This document shows positions 20,580-30,752 of a stretch of DNA of 64,000 nucleotides, in pieces (position 1 is the first letter of the stretch; each line of letters begins with the position of its first letter). The notes under the pieces are model-generated. The model was given only the letters and a program-made list of their open reading frames with translations. It did not search any database and was not told where the DNA came from. The position numbers and the translations under genes were made by a program. Source of the DNA: an uncultured Desulfarculus sp. (GTDB lineage Bacteria; Desulfobacterota; Desulfarculia; Desulfarculales; Desulfarculaceae); the NCBI GenBank assembly GCA_963665125.2, contig CAXXUK010000001.1, positions 800,001 through 864,000 on the forward strand. The letters run 5' to 3'.

Positions 20580-22660
20580 AAATAGGCTGGAAAACCACGG
20601 GTAGCGTCATTTTTTTGTTAATGGCCCTGGCCTTTGCCGGTTGCTCGGCTCCGGGCGGTCCCGGCGTTAAAAAACCGGGAGAGACCGATTCACAGGTGCA
20701 GGCCCTTTTGCAACTGGGCCGGGAGCGCATGGAAAAGGCCAACTACCAGGGCGCCAGAGACGCATACAACGCGGCCGTGCAGAGCGCTTCGACTTCCCGG
20801 GATAGATCGGCGGCTTATCTTGGCTTGGCTAGGGCCTTGGCGGCCGGCGGCGATCCCAGGGCCGCCTCGGAGGCCTTGCAGCAAGCGCCCGCCGGGGAAA
20901 TGACTCCCGCCGCTGAAATAGACGCCCAGATATTACGGGCGGATTTGGAGTTGCAGGAAGGCAAACCAGAGCCGGCGGCCACGCGGTTGCGCAGCCTGAT
21001 GTACAAACCACCCACGGAACTGTCACGCTCGCAGGCTGGGCAGGCCCTTGGTTTGCTGGCCACGTCGTTGCAGGAGTTGGGGCGCTATGAAGAGGCGGCC
21101 CAATCCCTGGTTTCCTGGGGGCAGAAATATGGCCTGACGGACCAGATCATTCAACAGCAATTGGCGGCCGCGTGCGGCAAATTGCCGTTGGACAGGGTAG
21201 AGACCCTTCGTTCCCGGGCAACCGCGCCGGAACTCAAAGCGGCCGTGCTGCTGGGCTTGGCCGAATCACAGATGCGCGCCGGAATGCTCAATGAGGCCAA
21301 GGACACCATCGCCGAGGTTCAGGCCATGCCGGCATCGGCCCCGTTGGCCTCTGAAATCGAGCGATTGACGCAGGATGTTGCCCAGGCTCGGCTTGTCGAT
21401 CCCATGGCCGTGGGTGTGATACTTCCCCTGAGCGGACCCTATGCCGCCACCGGCGCCCAGGTCCTGTCGGCGGTGGAGATGGGCTTGGGGGTTTTCTCGC
21501 CCGGCGGCAACATCACCTTGTATATCGAAGACAGCAAGGGCGATCCGCGCACGGCCGCCCAAGCCGTTGAAAAGCTTGTAACCCAGCACCGGGTCATGGC
21601 CATAATTGGCCCCTTGCGCTCAAGTTCCGCCCTGGCGGCGGCCCGCCAGGCGACGGTGCTTTCGGTCCCGCTCATCGCCCTGAGTCAGGTCGGCGGCCTC
21701 AGTGACGCCGGGCCGTGTGTGTTCCAGAACTTCTTTACACCCCAGGAACAGGTGGACGCGCTGCTAAAGGAAATGTCCGGCAACCGCGACAAGCGGCTCA
21801 TCGCCATACTCGCGCCCGACAATTCTTATGGCAAGGGTTTTGTCCAGCTCATGGAACAAAGCCTTGTGGAGCGGGGCGGCAGCGTGGTGCGCACTGTCTA
21901 CTATGATCCGAACCAGACCGACTTCAGCCGCGAGATCAAGAAGCTGGTGGCCCTGCCTGATGGCGAATACCGGCCGGGCATGCCTGAATCGCCAGAGCCG
22001 GTCATAGATTTCGAGACCCTGTTCATCCCCGACGGCGCGGCCCGTCTGGGCATGTTGGCTCCGCAATTGGCTTATTACGACGTCATCGGCGTGGACCTGT
22101 TGGGCACCAGCATCTGGCTCAACGAGGCCCTGCTGAAAAACGCCTCGAGATACCTTGACGGCTGTTATTTCCCGGTTGCCTTTGATCCGTATTCCAAGGA
22201 CCCCAAGGTCCGGCAGTTTGTCAGCGAATACCAAAGCACGACCGGCCGGGAGCCGAACCTGCTCGACGCCCACGGTTATGACACCGGTTTGCTGGTGCGT
22301 TCGATTATGCAAGGCTCCGACGCGCCCCGGACCAGGGCTGGCTTCTGCTCCGCACTGGGCCAGACCAAGTCCTTCAACGGCGTTTGCGGCGCCATGGGCG
22401 TGGGCCAGGATGGGCAGTTCCACAAGGGCTTGCAACTGTTCACGGTTGAACGTGGCCGCTTTGTTCCCCTGGCGGAGGCTCGGCAGACCACTGAACAGAT
22501 CGAGGAGGTGGTCGAACCGCCTTCCGAGGAGGCCAGCCCTCCGGAAATCAATGACGGCGAGCCCCAGCAACCCGTGGAAAACAAGCGTACAACGCTAAGG
22601 ATCACGCCGCTGCGGCCGGATGAACAACCCCAGGCGCCTGCCGCCACAATCGCCCACTGA
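20576..22660 (+). CDS. LpoA-like penicillin-binding-protein activator lipoprotein (TPR-like repeats + periplasmic-binding domain)
   Basis: Lipobox LAFAGC, helical repeat N-half, GVILPLSG / IIGPL / LFIPD..QLAYYD C-half; overlaps dnaK stop by 4 nt. Confidence 0.78.
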   Translation: MKIGWKTTGSVIFLLMALAFAGCSAPGGPGVKKPGETDSQVQALLQLGRERMEKANYQGARDAYNAAVQSASTSRDRSAAYLGLARALAAGGDPRAASEALQQAPAGEMTPAAEIDAQILRADLELQEGKPEPAATRLRSLMYKPPTELSRSQAGQALGLLATSLQELGRYEEAAQSLVSWGQKYGLTDQIIQQQLAAACGKLPLDRVETLRSRATAPELKAAVLLGLAESQMRAGMLNEAKDTIAEVQAMPASAPLASEIERLTQDVAQARLVDPMAVGVILPLSGPYAATGAQVLSAVEMGLGVFSPGGNITLYIEDSKGDPRTAAQAVEKLVTQHRVMAIIGPLRSSSALAAARQATVLSVPLIALSQVGGLSDAGPCVFQNFFTPQEQVDALLKEMSGNRDKRLIAILAPDNSYGKGFVQLMEQSLVERGGSVVRTVYYDPNQTDFSREIKKLVALPDGEYRPGMPESPEPVIDFETLFIPDGAARLGMLAPQLAYYDVIGVDLLGTSIWLNEALLKNASRYLDGCYFPVAFDPYSKDPKVRQFVSEYQSTTGREPNLLDAHGYDTGLLVRSIMQGSDAPRTRAGFCSALGQTKSFNGVCGAMGVGQDGQFHKGLQLFTVERGRFVPLAEARQTTEQIEEVVEPPSEEASPPEINDGEPQQPVENKRTTLRITPLRPDEQPQAPAATIAH

Positions 22661-22692
22661 GTCCTGCTGTTGGCAGCGAAAGGATATTGATA

Positions 22693-23916
22693 ATGCGTAA
22701 GCTGTTGATGTTTGTTGCGGCGCTCTTGTTGGTTGTTCCTTCGTCGGCCTGGTCCGACACACCGCCTCTGAAGATAGGAGCCGTGCTGCCCCTGACTGGA
22801 ATCTTCGGCAAGGCCGGAAGCCAGATACGCGACGCGTATACCCTGTGGGCCGAGAAGGTCAACGCCGACGGCGGCCTGGAGATAGGCGGTAAACGTCACA
22901 AGGTGAAGCTGGTCATCTACGATGACAGCTCAACTCCGCAAAGAGCCCAGCTCTTGGTTCGCAAATTGGCCACCAAGGACAATGTCGACCTGATGCTGGG
23001 CGGTTACGGCTCAAGCCTGGTCATGGCAGCCAGCGCCTCGTCTGAAGCCCTGGGCTATCCATTGATCAGCGGCGGGGCCAGCTCCAACAAGCTCTTTGAA
23101 CGGGGATTCAAATACTATTTTTCGACTCTGGGCAAGGCTACCGACGAGGTCTCGGGCGCTGTTCGGGTGTTCGGCGTTGTTTCGCCAAAGCCAAAGACCG
23201 TGGCCATCGTGGGCTCGGATATTCCCTTTACGGCCTTGGCCTGCCAGGGATTCAAACACTTCGCCGAAGAGATGGGCCTCCAAGTCGTCCATTACGAACT
23301 TTTCCCGATATCCTTGCAGGACTACAACACCATGCTGGCCAAGGCCAAGGACAAGAACCCCGACATCCTGTTGGTCGGCTCCCATTTGCAGGTGGCACTG
23401 CGGGTGATCCGGGCCATGCAGGAAATCAATTTCAGCCCCAAGGCCGTGGCCTTTTCATATGGGCCCACGGTTCCGGCCTTCCGCCAGTCCCTTGGCAAAA
23501 GCGCCGAGTATGTATTCGCGGCCAGCGAATGGTTGCCGAGCCTGCCCTACAAGGGGCCGGTGTTCGGTACGGCCGGGCAGTTCAACGATCTGTATATGAA
23601 GCGCTTTGGCCGGGCGCCGGACTATGTCGAGGCCGCGGCTGTGGCCGGGGCGGTGGTCCAACAGATCGCCGTGCAGGATCTGGGTCTGACGCCTCCGTTG
23701 GACGGCGCCGCCCGCAAGAAATTAATGGAAAAGCTGCACGAGATGGACATTGAAACGTTTTACGGCAGGGTGCATTTCGGCGCCGATGGCGCCAACGTGG
23801 CCCATCCTCCAGTGTGCGTGCAGATCCAGGGCGGCGAACTCCTCGGGGTTTATCCGCCGGAAACAGCAGTCGCCAAACCCAGTTATCCCATGCCGCCATG
23901 GGGTGAGCGGAAGTAG
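22693..23916 (+). CDS. Liv-type ABC transporter substrate-binding protein
   Basis: Signal peptide, KIGAVLPLTG, VNADGG, YDDSS, LGGYGS; heads permease/ATPase genes. Confidence 0.9.
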   Translation: MRKLLMFVAALLLVVPSSAWSDTPPLKIGAVLPLTGIFGKAGSQIRDAYTLWAEKVNADGGLEIGGKRHKVKLVIYDDSSTPQRAQLLVRKLATKDNVDLMLGGYGSSLVMAASASSEALGYPLISGGASSNKLFERGFKYYFSTLGKATDEVSGAVRVFGVVSPKPKTVAIVGSDIPFTALACQGFKHFAEEMGLQVVHYELFPISLQDYNTMLAKAKDKNPDILLVGSHLQVALRVIRAMQEINFSPKAVAFSYGPTVPAFRQSLGKSAEYVFAASEWLPSLPYKGPVFGTAGQFNDLYMKRFGRAPDYVEAAAVAGAVVQQIAVQDLGLTPPLDGAARKKLMEKLHEMDIETFYGRVHFGADGANVAHPPVCVQIQGGELLGVYPPETAVAKPSYPMPPWGERK

Positions 23917-23956
23917 GAGGCTTGCGCGCCGCCGCCAGGCGGCGTAAATTTCGGGC

Positions 23957-24823
23957 ATGCTGCTTATTCAGGCACTTATAAACGGTGTACTGGCCGGTGG
24001 TGTTTACGCATCGTTCGCCGCCGGCCTGTCGCTTATCTTCGGCGTGATGGGCGTGTTGAACATCGCCCACGGCGAGTTGGTGATGCTCGGCGCCTTTGCC
24101 AGCGTCTGGCTTTTCAACGCCACGGGCCTGGGGCCCCTGTGGTCTTTGCCCCTGAGCTTCGGTCTGATGTTCATATTGGGCTGGCTGATCCAGAGAGTTT
24201 TTCTGGACCGCATCGCCGGACAGCCCCCGGTCATGAGCTATATCCTCACCTTCGGCATTCATTTGATCATCGCCAATATGGCCCTGTTGGCCTGGACCGC
24301 CGACCCCAGGGCCATAACCACCGGCCTGTCCGGCCAAAGCATCGCTCTGGGTCCCATCGACTTGCCGGTGCTGAAACTGGTCACCTTTTTCATGGCCCTA
24401 TTGATCATCGGCGGGCTGCATGTCTTGTTGTCCCGCACGGCCTTGGGCCGGGCCATCCGGGCCACTGCCCAGGACCGCAACATGGCCCGCATGGTGGGCA
24501 TCAACGTGCGCACCGTGTTTGCCTTCACCTTCGCACTGGGCGCGGGGCTCACGGGCCTGGCCGGGTCGCTGGTGGCGGCCGTGCGCGACGTTGACGTGTC
24601 CATGGGCCTGCCCTATACAATCCTGGCCTTTTGCGTGGTGGTCCTGGGAGGCATGGGTTATCTGCCCGGCGCGCTGGTGGGCGGGCTGATCCTGGGCATT
24701 GTGGGCGAACTCTGCACGGCACTGCTGACCACCGGCTGGTCCTCGGCCATCACCTTCAGCCTCTTGTACATCATGCTGGTCCTGCGGCCCACGGGCATAA
24801 CCGGCAAGGGGATCGTGGAATGA
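23957..24823 (+). CDS. livH: Liv-type ABC permease
   Basis: GLSLIFGVMGVLNIAHGE, GRAIRATAQD, VVVLGGMG. Confidence 0.88.
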   Translation: MLLIQALINGVLAGGVYASFAAGLSLIFGVMGVLNIAHGELVMLGAFASVWLFNATGLGPLWSLPLSFGLMFILGWLIQRVFLDRIAGQPPVMSYILTFGIHLIIANMALLAWTADPRAITTGLSGQSIALGPIDLPVLKLVTFFMALLIIGGLHVLLSRTALGRAIRATAQDRNMARMVGINVRTVFAFTFALGAGLTGLAGSLVAAVRDVDVSMGLPYTILAFCVVVLGGMGYLPGALVGGLILGIVGELCTALLTTGWSSAITFSLLYIMLVLRPTGITGKGIVE

Positions 24824-25734
24824 AGCGGATGGGCTGGATTTTAGCGGCCGTGTGCGCCGGAGGACTGGCGCTGTTGCCCCTGGCCGGGCCGGGCTATCAC
24901 CTGGACCTGCTTACGGACGTTTTCTTTTGGGTGGGCATGGCTTCGGCCTGGAACATCGCCTGCGGCTACACGGGGTATGTTGATTTCGGCTCGGTGACCT
25001 ATGCCGGCATCGGCTCGTACGCTGCTGGCCTGGCCCTGATGAATTTCGGTCTGCCCATGCCCCTGGCCCTGGCCCTTGGGGCGGGCTGCTCCGCTTTGCT
25101 GGCCGCGGCCGTGGGCATGCCCACCCTGCGTCTGCGCGGGGCCTATTTCGCCATCGCCACCCTGGCCTTGGCCGAGGCGGTCAAACAGCTCAGCGGGGAG
25201 ATGGGCTGGCTCACCGGCGGGGCCATGGGTCTGACCGTGAGCGTCCGCCTGGAGCCGCTGGGCTATTATTATTCGTTTTTGGCCGGGGCCTGCGGCGTGG
25301 TGGCCGTGGCCTGGCTTATCGGGCGCGGCAGCCTGGGCCTGGCCCTGCGGGCCATCCGCGAGGATGAGCGCGTGGCCTCGCGCCTGGGCGTCAACACCCT
25401 GCGGGCCAAGCTGGCCGCTTATGTGACCGCGGCGGCGGCCATCGGCCTGTTGGGCGGCCTGGAGGCCACAAGGCTCAGCTACTTCACGCCCGGCGACGTG
25501 TTCAATGTGCATATCACCATCAAAATGGTGATCATGAGCCTGTTGGGCGGCATGGGCACCCTCTGGGGGCCGGTGCTGGGCGCTTCGGCCTTGCAGATAC
25601 TGGAGGACTACCTGGGCGCCGAGTTTCTCGACCTGTACCTGGCCATCGTCGGTGTGGTGATCGTCGGCGTTATCTTATTCCTGCCCCGGGGCGTTCTGGG
25701 CCGCCGCGTGGCCGGTTGGGCCGGGAGGCGCTAG
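24820..25734 (+). CDS. livM: Liv-type ABC permease
   Basis: WNIACGYTG, LRLRGAYFAIATL, RAIREDE, LGGMGTLWGPVLG; ATGA overlap with livH. Confidence 0.88.
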   Translation: MKRMGWILAAVCAGGLALLPLAGPGYHLDLLTDVFFWVGMASAWNIACGYTGYVDFGSVTYAGIGSYAAGLALMNFGLPMPLALALGAGCSALLAAAVGMPTLRLRGAYFAIATLALAEAVKQLSGEMGWLTGGAMGLTVSVRLEPLGYYYSFLAGACGVVAVAWLIGRGSLGLALRAIREDERVASRLGVNTLRAKLAAYVTAAAAIGLLGGLEATRLSYFTPGDVFNVHITIKMVIMSLLGGMGTLWGPVLGASALQILEDYLGAEFLDLYLAIVGVVIVGVILFLPRGVLGRRVAGWAGRR

Positions 25735-25735
25735 T

Positions 25736-26461
25736 ATGGCGGCGGTTTTACAGGCCACGGGCATTGTCAAACGCTTCGGTTCGCTGGCCGCCCTGGATGG
25801 CGTTGACCTGAGCCTTGAGTCCGGCGAAATCCTGGGCGTCATCGGCCCCAACGGCAGCGGCAAGAGCACGTTGTTCAAGGTGTTGTCCGGCATCCTGAAG
25901 CCCGACGCCGGGCGGGTCCGGTTATTGGGCTCCGACATCACCGGCAGGCCGGATTGGCGGATTTGCCGCCTGGGCCTTGCCCTGACCGGACAGGTGGCCT
26001 CGCCCCTGGCCGAAATGACGGTTTTGGAAAACGCCGTGGTGGCTGCCACGTTCGGCGGGGGCAAGCGCAACCGCGGGGCCAAACGCCTGGCCCTGGAAAT
26101 GCTCGAGCTGGTCGGGCTCCAGGACCAGTCAATGCTCATGGCCGGGGATCTCACCCTGGTCCAGCGCCGCAGCCTGGAACTGGCCAGGGCCTTGGCCACC
26201 GAACCCAAGGTCCTGCTGCTGGATGAAAACCTTGCCGGGCTGACCACGGCCGAGATCGAGCAGTCCCTGGAGCTGATCCGCACCATAAATCAGCAGGGCG
26301 TATCCATGATCATGGTCGAGCATGTGATGCAGGCGGTCATCGGCGTTTGCAGCCGGATTATCGTCCTGGACTACGGCAAGATCATCGCCCAGGGCCCGGC
26401 TGGCGATGTGGTGCGCGCGCCCGAGGTCATAGAGGCCTATCTGGGGGACCGCTATGCTTAG
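25736..26461 (+). CDS. livG: Liv-type ABC ATPase
   Basis: GPNGSGKST, LELARALA, LLLDE, VEH, VIEAYLG. Confidence 0.88.
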   Translation: MAAVLQATGIVKRFGSLAALDGVDLSLESGEILGVIGPNGSGKSTLFKVLSGILKPDAGRVRLLGSDITGRPDWRICRLGLALTGQVASPLAEMTVLENAVVAATFGGGKRNRGAKRLALEMLELVGLQDQSMLMAGDLTLVQRRSLELARALATEPKVLLLDENLAGLTTAEIEQSLELIRTINQQGVSMIMVEHVMQAVIGVCSRIIVLDYGKIIAQGPAGDVVRAPEVIEAYLGDRYA

Positions 26462-27155
26462 GCTGTCGGGCTTCAGCGCTTATTACGGCGACGTACAGGT
26501 CTTGTGGGATGTTGACCTTAATGTTGCCAAGGGCGAAATCGTGGCCCTTATTGGGCCCAACGGCGCGGGCAAGAGTTCGCTTTTGCAGGCGTTGATGGGC
26601 TTTATCCAAGTCCGGGGCGGCGTGCGGTTTGATGGGCAAAATATCTTGAAACGCCCCGCCGAGGAATTGGTCAAACAGGGCCTGTGCCTGGTGCCCGAAG
26701 GCGGCCACGTTTTTCCGGAAATGACTTGCCGCGACAACCTGCTCACCGGCGGCCATGTGCTGGGCTCGGCAAGGGAGCGCGGCCAGAGGTTGCGATGGGT
26801 CGAGGACATTTTTCCGAGGCTGGCTGAAAGGGCGGGACAAAAGGCATCGACCTTCAGCGGCGGGGAACGCCAGATGCTGGCCCTTGGCCGGGCCCTGATG
26901 GCCAAGCCGCGCATGCTGCTATTGGATGAGCCGTCCCTGGGCCTGCATCCGCTGATGGCCAGCCAGGTGTTCGAGGCCATAAGCGAAATCAACCGCCAGG
27001 GCGTTACCATATTGCTGGTGGAGCAAAAGGTGTCCTTTGCCCTGGAGATGAGTTCCCGGGCCTATGTCCTGGAAAAGGGCCGTGTGGTCCTTCATGGACC
27101 GGCTGCGGAACTGGCCCAAAACGAGCACGTCAGGAAAGCTTATCTCGCTGTATGA
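26454..27155 (+). CDS. livF: Liv-type ABC ATPase
   Basis: GPNGAGKS, FSGGERQML, LLDEPSLGL, VEQ, VRKAYL. Confidence 0.88.
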   Translation: MLRLSGFSAYYGDVQVLWDVDLNVAKGEIVALIGPNGAGKSSLLQALMGFIQVRGGVRFDGQNILKRPAEELVKQGLCLVPEGGHVFPEMTCRDNLLTGGHVLGSARERGQRLRWVEDIFPRLAERAGQKASTFSGGERQMLALGRALMAKPRMLLLDEPSLGLHPLMASQVFEAISEINRQGVTILLVEQKVSFALEMSSRAYVLEKGRVVLHGPAAELAQNEHVRKAYLAV

Positions 27156-27675
27156 GCAGGGAGTTGCCGGGTTTCCTTTGGAAGGCGAGGAACGCCAGGC
27201 ACAGAAGCGGGATTAATAAATCGGTGTAAAATATCGCTCCGGCATTGCCGGGAGCGAAGTTGCCCGCCTCGATCATCTGCCGCACATGGCCCACGGCGGC
27301 CCCCCATAAAAAACAGACGACCATCACGGCCGTGGCCAGACGGAAAGACCTGGACGCCCGCCAGCACAGCAGGCCGCAGACGCCCATTGCCAGGTTGGCC
27401 ATGGCCACTTCCCACTGGAAAGGGCTGGGCTTCCAGCCGATAAAGGCCGCCGTCTCCGCCGGATGGAGGCCGTGCCAATACGCGCCCCAGAAGCCCGACA
27501 CGCCCACGGCCAGCACGAACAAGGGCCTCAGAAAGGCCTCGGGCATGGATATGTTGCGGCGCTTTTTCCCAAACAAGGCCCACCGCAATGTGCCCAGGAC
27601 CAGGGCCAGGATCAGCATGGCCAAAGGGGTGTCCCGCAGGACAAAGGCTATGGCGTCATAGAGAAATTGGTTCAT
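27130..27675 (-). CDS. Conserved membrane protein (DUF6790-like)
   Basis: AAFIGW..SPFQWEVAMANL, GHVRQMIEAGNFAPGNAG; AGGAG SD fits ATG 27675. Confidence 0.7.
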   Translation of the reverse strand: MNQFLYDAIAFVLRDTPLAMLILALVLGTLRWALFGKKRRNISMPEAFLRPLFVLAVGVSGFWGAYWHGLHPAETAAFIGWKPSPFQWEVAMANLAMGVCGLLCWRASRSFRLATAVMVVCFLWGAAVGHVRQMIEAGNFAPGNAGAIFYTDLLIPLLCLAFLAFQRKPGNSLLIQRDKLS

Positions 27676-27752
27676 GGCCATCTCCTGTCATAGGGAGAGG
27701 ATGGATGACCAAGTTTGCTCCTTGGCGCGGTCCCAAGTCAATGACCGGTTTT

Positions 27753-28451
27753 TCAGGCCAGGGCCGGGTCGGCCAATCCGGCTTCGTCAAAGCCCTTGGC
27801 CCGCAGCAGGCAGGAATCGCACTGCCCACAGGGAGTGCCGTCATCAGCCGGGTCGTAGCAGGAATGGGTCAGACCGTAATCAACGCCCAGCTTGAGACCC
27901 TGTTTGATGATCTGGGCCTTGGTCAGGCGGATAAGCGGGGCGTGGATGCGGATGTGGCGCCCCTGTTCGGTGGCAATCTTGGTGGCCAAGTTGGCCATGT
28001 TTTCAAAGGCCAGGATGAATTCCGGCCGGCAGTCCGGGTAGCCCGAGTAGTCCAGGGCGTTGACGCCGATGAAGATGTCGGTGCAGTCCAGGGTTTCGGC
28101 CCAGGCCAGGGCCAGGGACAAAAACAGCGTATTGCGGGCCGGGACGTAGGTGACTGGTATGCCGTGGCTCATGTCATCTAGGCTGCGGCCTTTGGGCACC
28201 TCGATATCGTCGGTCAGCGCCGATCCTCCCACGCCGCCCATGTCCACGTCCAGGATCAGGTGCCGGGTCACGCCCATGGCCCTGGCCACGCGTGCGGCGG
28301 CCTCCAGCTCAACGCTGTGGCGCTGGCCGTAGCGAAAACTCAGGGCGTGGCAGTCGAATCCCTGATCCTTGGCCATGGCCAGACAGGTTGACGAATCCAG
28401 ACCGCCGGATAACAAAATAATCGCGGGAGGTGATTTGACGTCTTTATTCAT
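27753..28451 (-). CDS. queC: 7-cyano-7-deazaguanine synthase
   Basis: [41 protein letters not shown]. Confidence 0.96.
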   Translation of the reverse strand: MNKDVKSPPAIILLSGGLDSSTCLAMAKDQGFDCHALSFRYGQRHSVELEAAARVARAMGVTRHLILDVDMGGVGGSALTDDIEVPKGRSLDDMSHGIPVTYVPARNTLFLSLALAWAETLDCTDIFIGVNALDYSGYPDCRPEFILAFENMANLATKIATEQGRHIRIHAPLIRLTKAQIIKQGLKLGVDYGLTHSCYDPADDGTPCGQCDSCLLRAKGFDEAGLADPALA

Positions 28452-28677
28452 GAAACTACCTTTTGAATATCCTGCATGGGTGGCCGAAAGGATAAAGATG
28501 GCAATACGCTAGCATGTTGTTTTTTAAAATATAAAGCCCAAACTTGGCCAACAGCGGCTGAAAATGTTGACACAAAAGGTCTGTACGCGCAAAATTTTTA
28601 TAATCGAATTGATTATTATTCAACGGGCGCGCGTCCCTGGCCTGCCGCATAATTACCTTTGCAAGGGTCCTTGGGGC

Positions 28678-28716
28678 TTGACCGTTTATGCTATTCCTGA
28701 TAGTAATTATTACTAT
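28678..28716 (+). promoter_or_regulatory. Sigma70 promoter with overlapping Fur/PerR-type operator
   Basis: TTGACC-17 bp-TAGTAA; perfect 8-1-8 palindrome ATAGTAAT-T-ATTACTAT (28700-28716) covers the -10. Confidence 0.75.
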
Positions 28717-28743
28717 ATTTTAACGTTTAGTGGAGCAATGCAA

Positions 28744-29151
28744 ATGCAGCCCACACCAAAGCTTAGAATGACCGCGCAGCGTCAGGTTATTCTGGAAGAA
28801 TTACAAAAGCTTAAGTCCCATCCGACCGCGGCGGAGCTTTGCCAGATCGTTCGCCGCCGCTTGCCCAGGATTAGCCTGGGTACGGTATACCGCAATCTTG
28901 AAATCCTCTCGCGGACCGGAATTATTCAGAGAATCGACGTTGCGGGCGTGGAAATGCGTTTTGACGGCGACACCTCAAACCATTACCATGTTAGGTGCAA
29001 ATCTTGCGGCGCCGTCGCTGATCTTGAAATGCACATGGTCGCCAACCTGGAGGCGGAGGCGGCCGCTGCCAGCGATTACCTGATTACCGGACACAGGGTC
29101 GAGTTCGAGGGGTTGTGCCCAAACTGCAAACCCCTTGAAACTAGACATTAA
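28744..29151 (+). CDS. perR: Fur-family peroxide-sensing repressor
   Basis: HPTA, SLGTVYRNL, RFD..HYH..CxxC..D, CPNC; heads the rbr-dfx-rub-roo cluster. Confidence 0.82.
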   Translation: MQPTPKLRMTAQRQVILEELQKLKSHPTAAELCQIVRRRLPRISLGTVYRNLEILSRTGIIQRIDVAGVEMRFDGDTSNHYHVRCKSCGAVADLEMHMVANLEAEAAAASDYLITGHRVEFEGLCPNCKPLETRH

Positions 29152-29205
29152 AATATCATCCTGACACGGCTCGTCATTGTATCTTAATGGGAGGACGCCA
29201 CAGCT

Positions 29206-29415
29206 ATGGCCAGCGACAACGGTATTAAAGTTTTACAGGCCCTGGCATCCGGTGACGGGCCGTTTTCCAGCAAGGAAATCGCCGAGATTTCAGGTCTCGA
29301 ATCCAAACAGATCAGTTGCCAAATGAGCAGCTTGAAAAAGAAGGGCCTGGTGGATAGCCCGGTCCGCTGTAAATATGTCATCACCCAAGCAGGCAAAGCT
29401 GAACTGACCAACTAA
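29206..29415 (+). CDS. Small winged-helix-like protein
   Basis: GGAGG SD; SKEIAEISGLESKQISCQMSSLKKKGLV...YVITQAG wHTH pattern. Confidence 0.75.
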   Translation: MASDNGIKVLQALASGDGPFSSKEIAEISGLESKQISCQMSSLKKKGLVDSPVRCKYVITQAGKAELTN

Positions 29416-29448
29416 ATGCATGCTACTATTGTTTGAAGGAGTAAAACG

Positions 29449-30024
29449 ATGGCAAGCCTCAAAGGCACAAAAACTGAAAAGAACCTGTTGACCGCCTTTG
29501 CCGGGGAATCCCAGGCACGCAATCGCTACAACTATTTCGCAGGAAAAGCCCGCAAAGAGGGTTATGTCCAAATCGCGGCCATTTTCGAGGAAACGGCTGA
29601 CCAGGAAAAAGAACACGCCAAGCGGTTCTTTAAATTCCTGGAGGGCGGTGATGTCGAGATTACCGCGGCTTTCCCGGCCGGCGTAATCGGCTCCACCTTG
29701 GAAAACCTCAAGGAAGCCGCGGCAGGCGAACACCACGAACAGGCTGAGATGTATCCCGGCATGGCCAAGGTGGCCCGTGAAGAAGGTTTCAACGAGATTG
29801 CCGAAGTGTTCGAACGCGTATCGGTGGCCGAGCGTTTTCATGAGAAACGCTACCGCGCCTTTGCCGCCAACATCGAGGCCGGCACCGTGTTCAAAAAAGA
29901 TGAGAAGGTGGTCTGGCGCTGCCGCAACTGTGGTTATCTCCACGAAGGCACTGAAGCCCCCGAGTTGTGCCCGGCTTGCGCCCATCCCAAGGCCCACTTT
30001 GAATTGAAGTGCGAAAACTGGTAA
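29449..30024 (+). CDS. rbr: Rubrerythrin
   Basis: AFAGESQARNRY, EKEHAK, CRNCGY..CPAC. Confidence 0.96.
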   Translation: MASLKGTKTEKNLLTAFAGESQARNRYNYFAGKARKEGYVQIAAIFEETADQEKEHAKRFFKFLEGGDVEITAAFPAGVIGSTLENLKEAAAGEHHEQAEMYPGMAKVAREEGFNEIAEVFERVSVAERFHEKRYRAFAANIEAGTVFKKDEKVVWRCRNCGYLHEGTEAPELCPACAHPKAHFELKCENW

Positions 30025-30077
30025 CGATAACAGCACGGTAACGACTTATCCGAACCGTTTTAAAAGGAGATGACCTC

Positions 30078-30458
30078 ATGGCCGAAAGGCTCCAAGTCTA
30101 CAAATGCGAAAAGTGTGGAAACATCGTTGAGGTAATGTTCGGCGGTCCCGGCAATCTGATGTGCTGCGGCCAGGATATGGTTCTACAAAACGAGAACACC
30201 GTTGACGCGGCCAAGGAAAAACACGTTCCGGTGATCGAAAAAATCGACGGCGGTTACAAGGTCATGGTCGGATCGGTGGCTCATCCCATGGAAGAAAAAC
30301 ATTACATCCAGTGGATCGAGCTGATTGCCGACGGCAAGTGCTATACTCAGTATCTGAAGCCCGGTCAGGCCCCGGAGGCGGAATTCAAGATCGACGCGGC
30401 CAAGGTCAGCGCACGGGAATACTGCAATATCCACGGCCACTGGAAAGCCGACAACTAA
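30078..30458 (+). CDS. dfx: Desulfoferrodoxin (superoxide reductase)
   Basis: [32 protein letters not shown]. Confidence 0.96.
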   Translation: MAERLQVYKCEKCGNIVEVMFGGPGNLMCCGQDMVLQNENTVDAAKEKHVPVIEKIDGGYKVMVGSVAHPMEEKHYIQWIELIADGKCYTQYLKPGQAPEAEFKIDAAKVSAREYCNIHGHWKADN

Positions 30459-30503
30459 GATTAATCAGCCTGTGATCAAGCCCAGGCATTTGGAGTTGAA
30501 TAG

Positions 30504-30665
30504 ATGAAGAAGTATGTATGCGGCGTATGCGGATATGAATACGATCCTGCAAAAGGCGACCCCGACAACGGCGTAGCCCCCGGAACGGCCTTCGAAGACC
30601 TGCCCGATGATTGGTCTTGCCCGGTTTGTGGCGCTTCCAAGGACCAGTTTGAGCCCGAAAACTAG
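30504..30665 (+). CDS. rub: Rubredoxin (53 aa)
   Basis: Below the ORF-track cutoff; [53 protein letters not shown]. Confidence 0.96.
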   Translation: MKKYVCGVCGYEYDPAKGDPDNGVAPGTAFEDLPDDWSCPVCGASKDQFEPEN

Positions 30666-30678
30666 TCACACATAGCAC

Positions 30679-30715
30679 GGACCTCTCGGCGCTTGTCGCC
30701 GGGCGGTCTGTTTTT
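30679..30715 (+). terminator. Intra-operon terminator-like hairpin after rubredoxin
   Basis: GGACC-TCTCGGCG-loop-CGCCGGGC-GGTCT followed by GTTTTT. Confidence 0.55.
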
Positions 30716-30752
30716 CGTTTGGCCCCGCGCCGGCGAAATTCCGGGAAAAGCA

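Noticed and set aside
28499..28514. Possible second sigma54 promoter (TGGCAATACGCTAGCA)
   Set aside because: Only the GG-N10-GC spacing fits; it lacks the CG and TT consensus bases, and perR already has a good sigma70 promoter.
28452..28560. preQ1 riboswitch upstream of queC
   Set aside because: No GGUUC-type loop with a matching AAAAAACUA tail on the minus strand.
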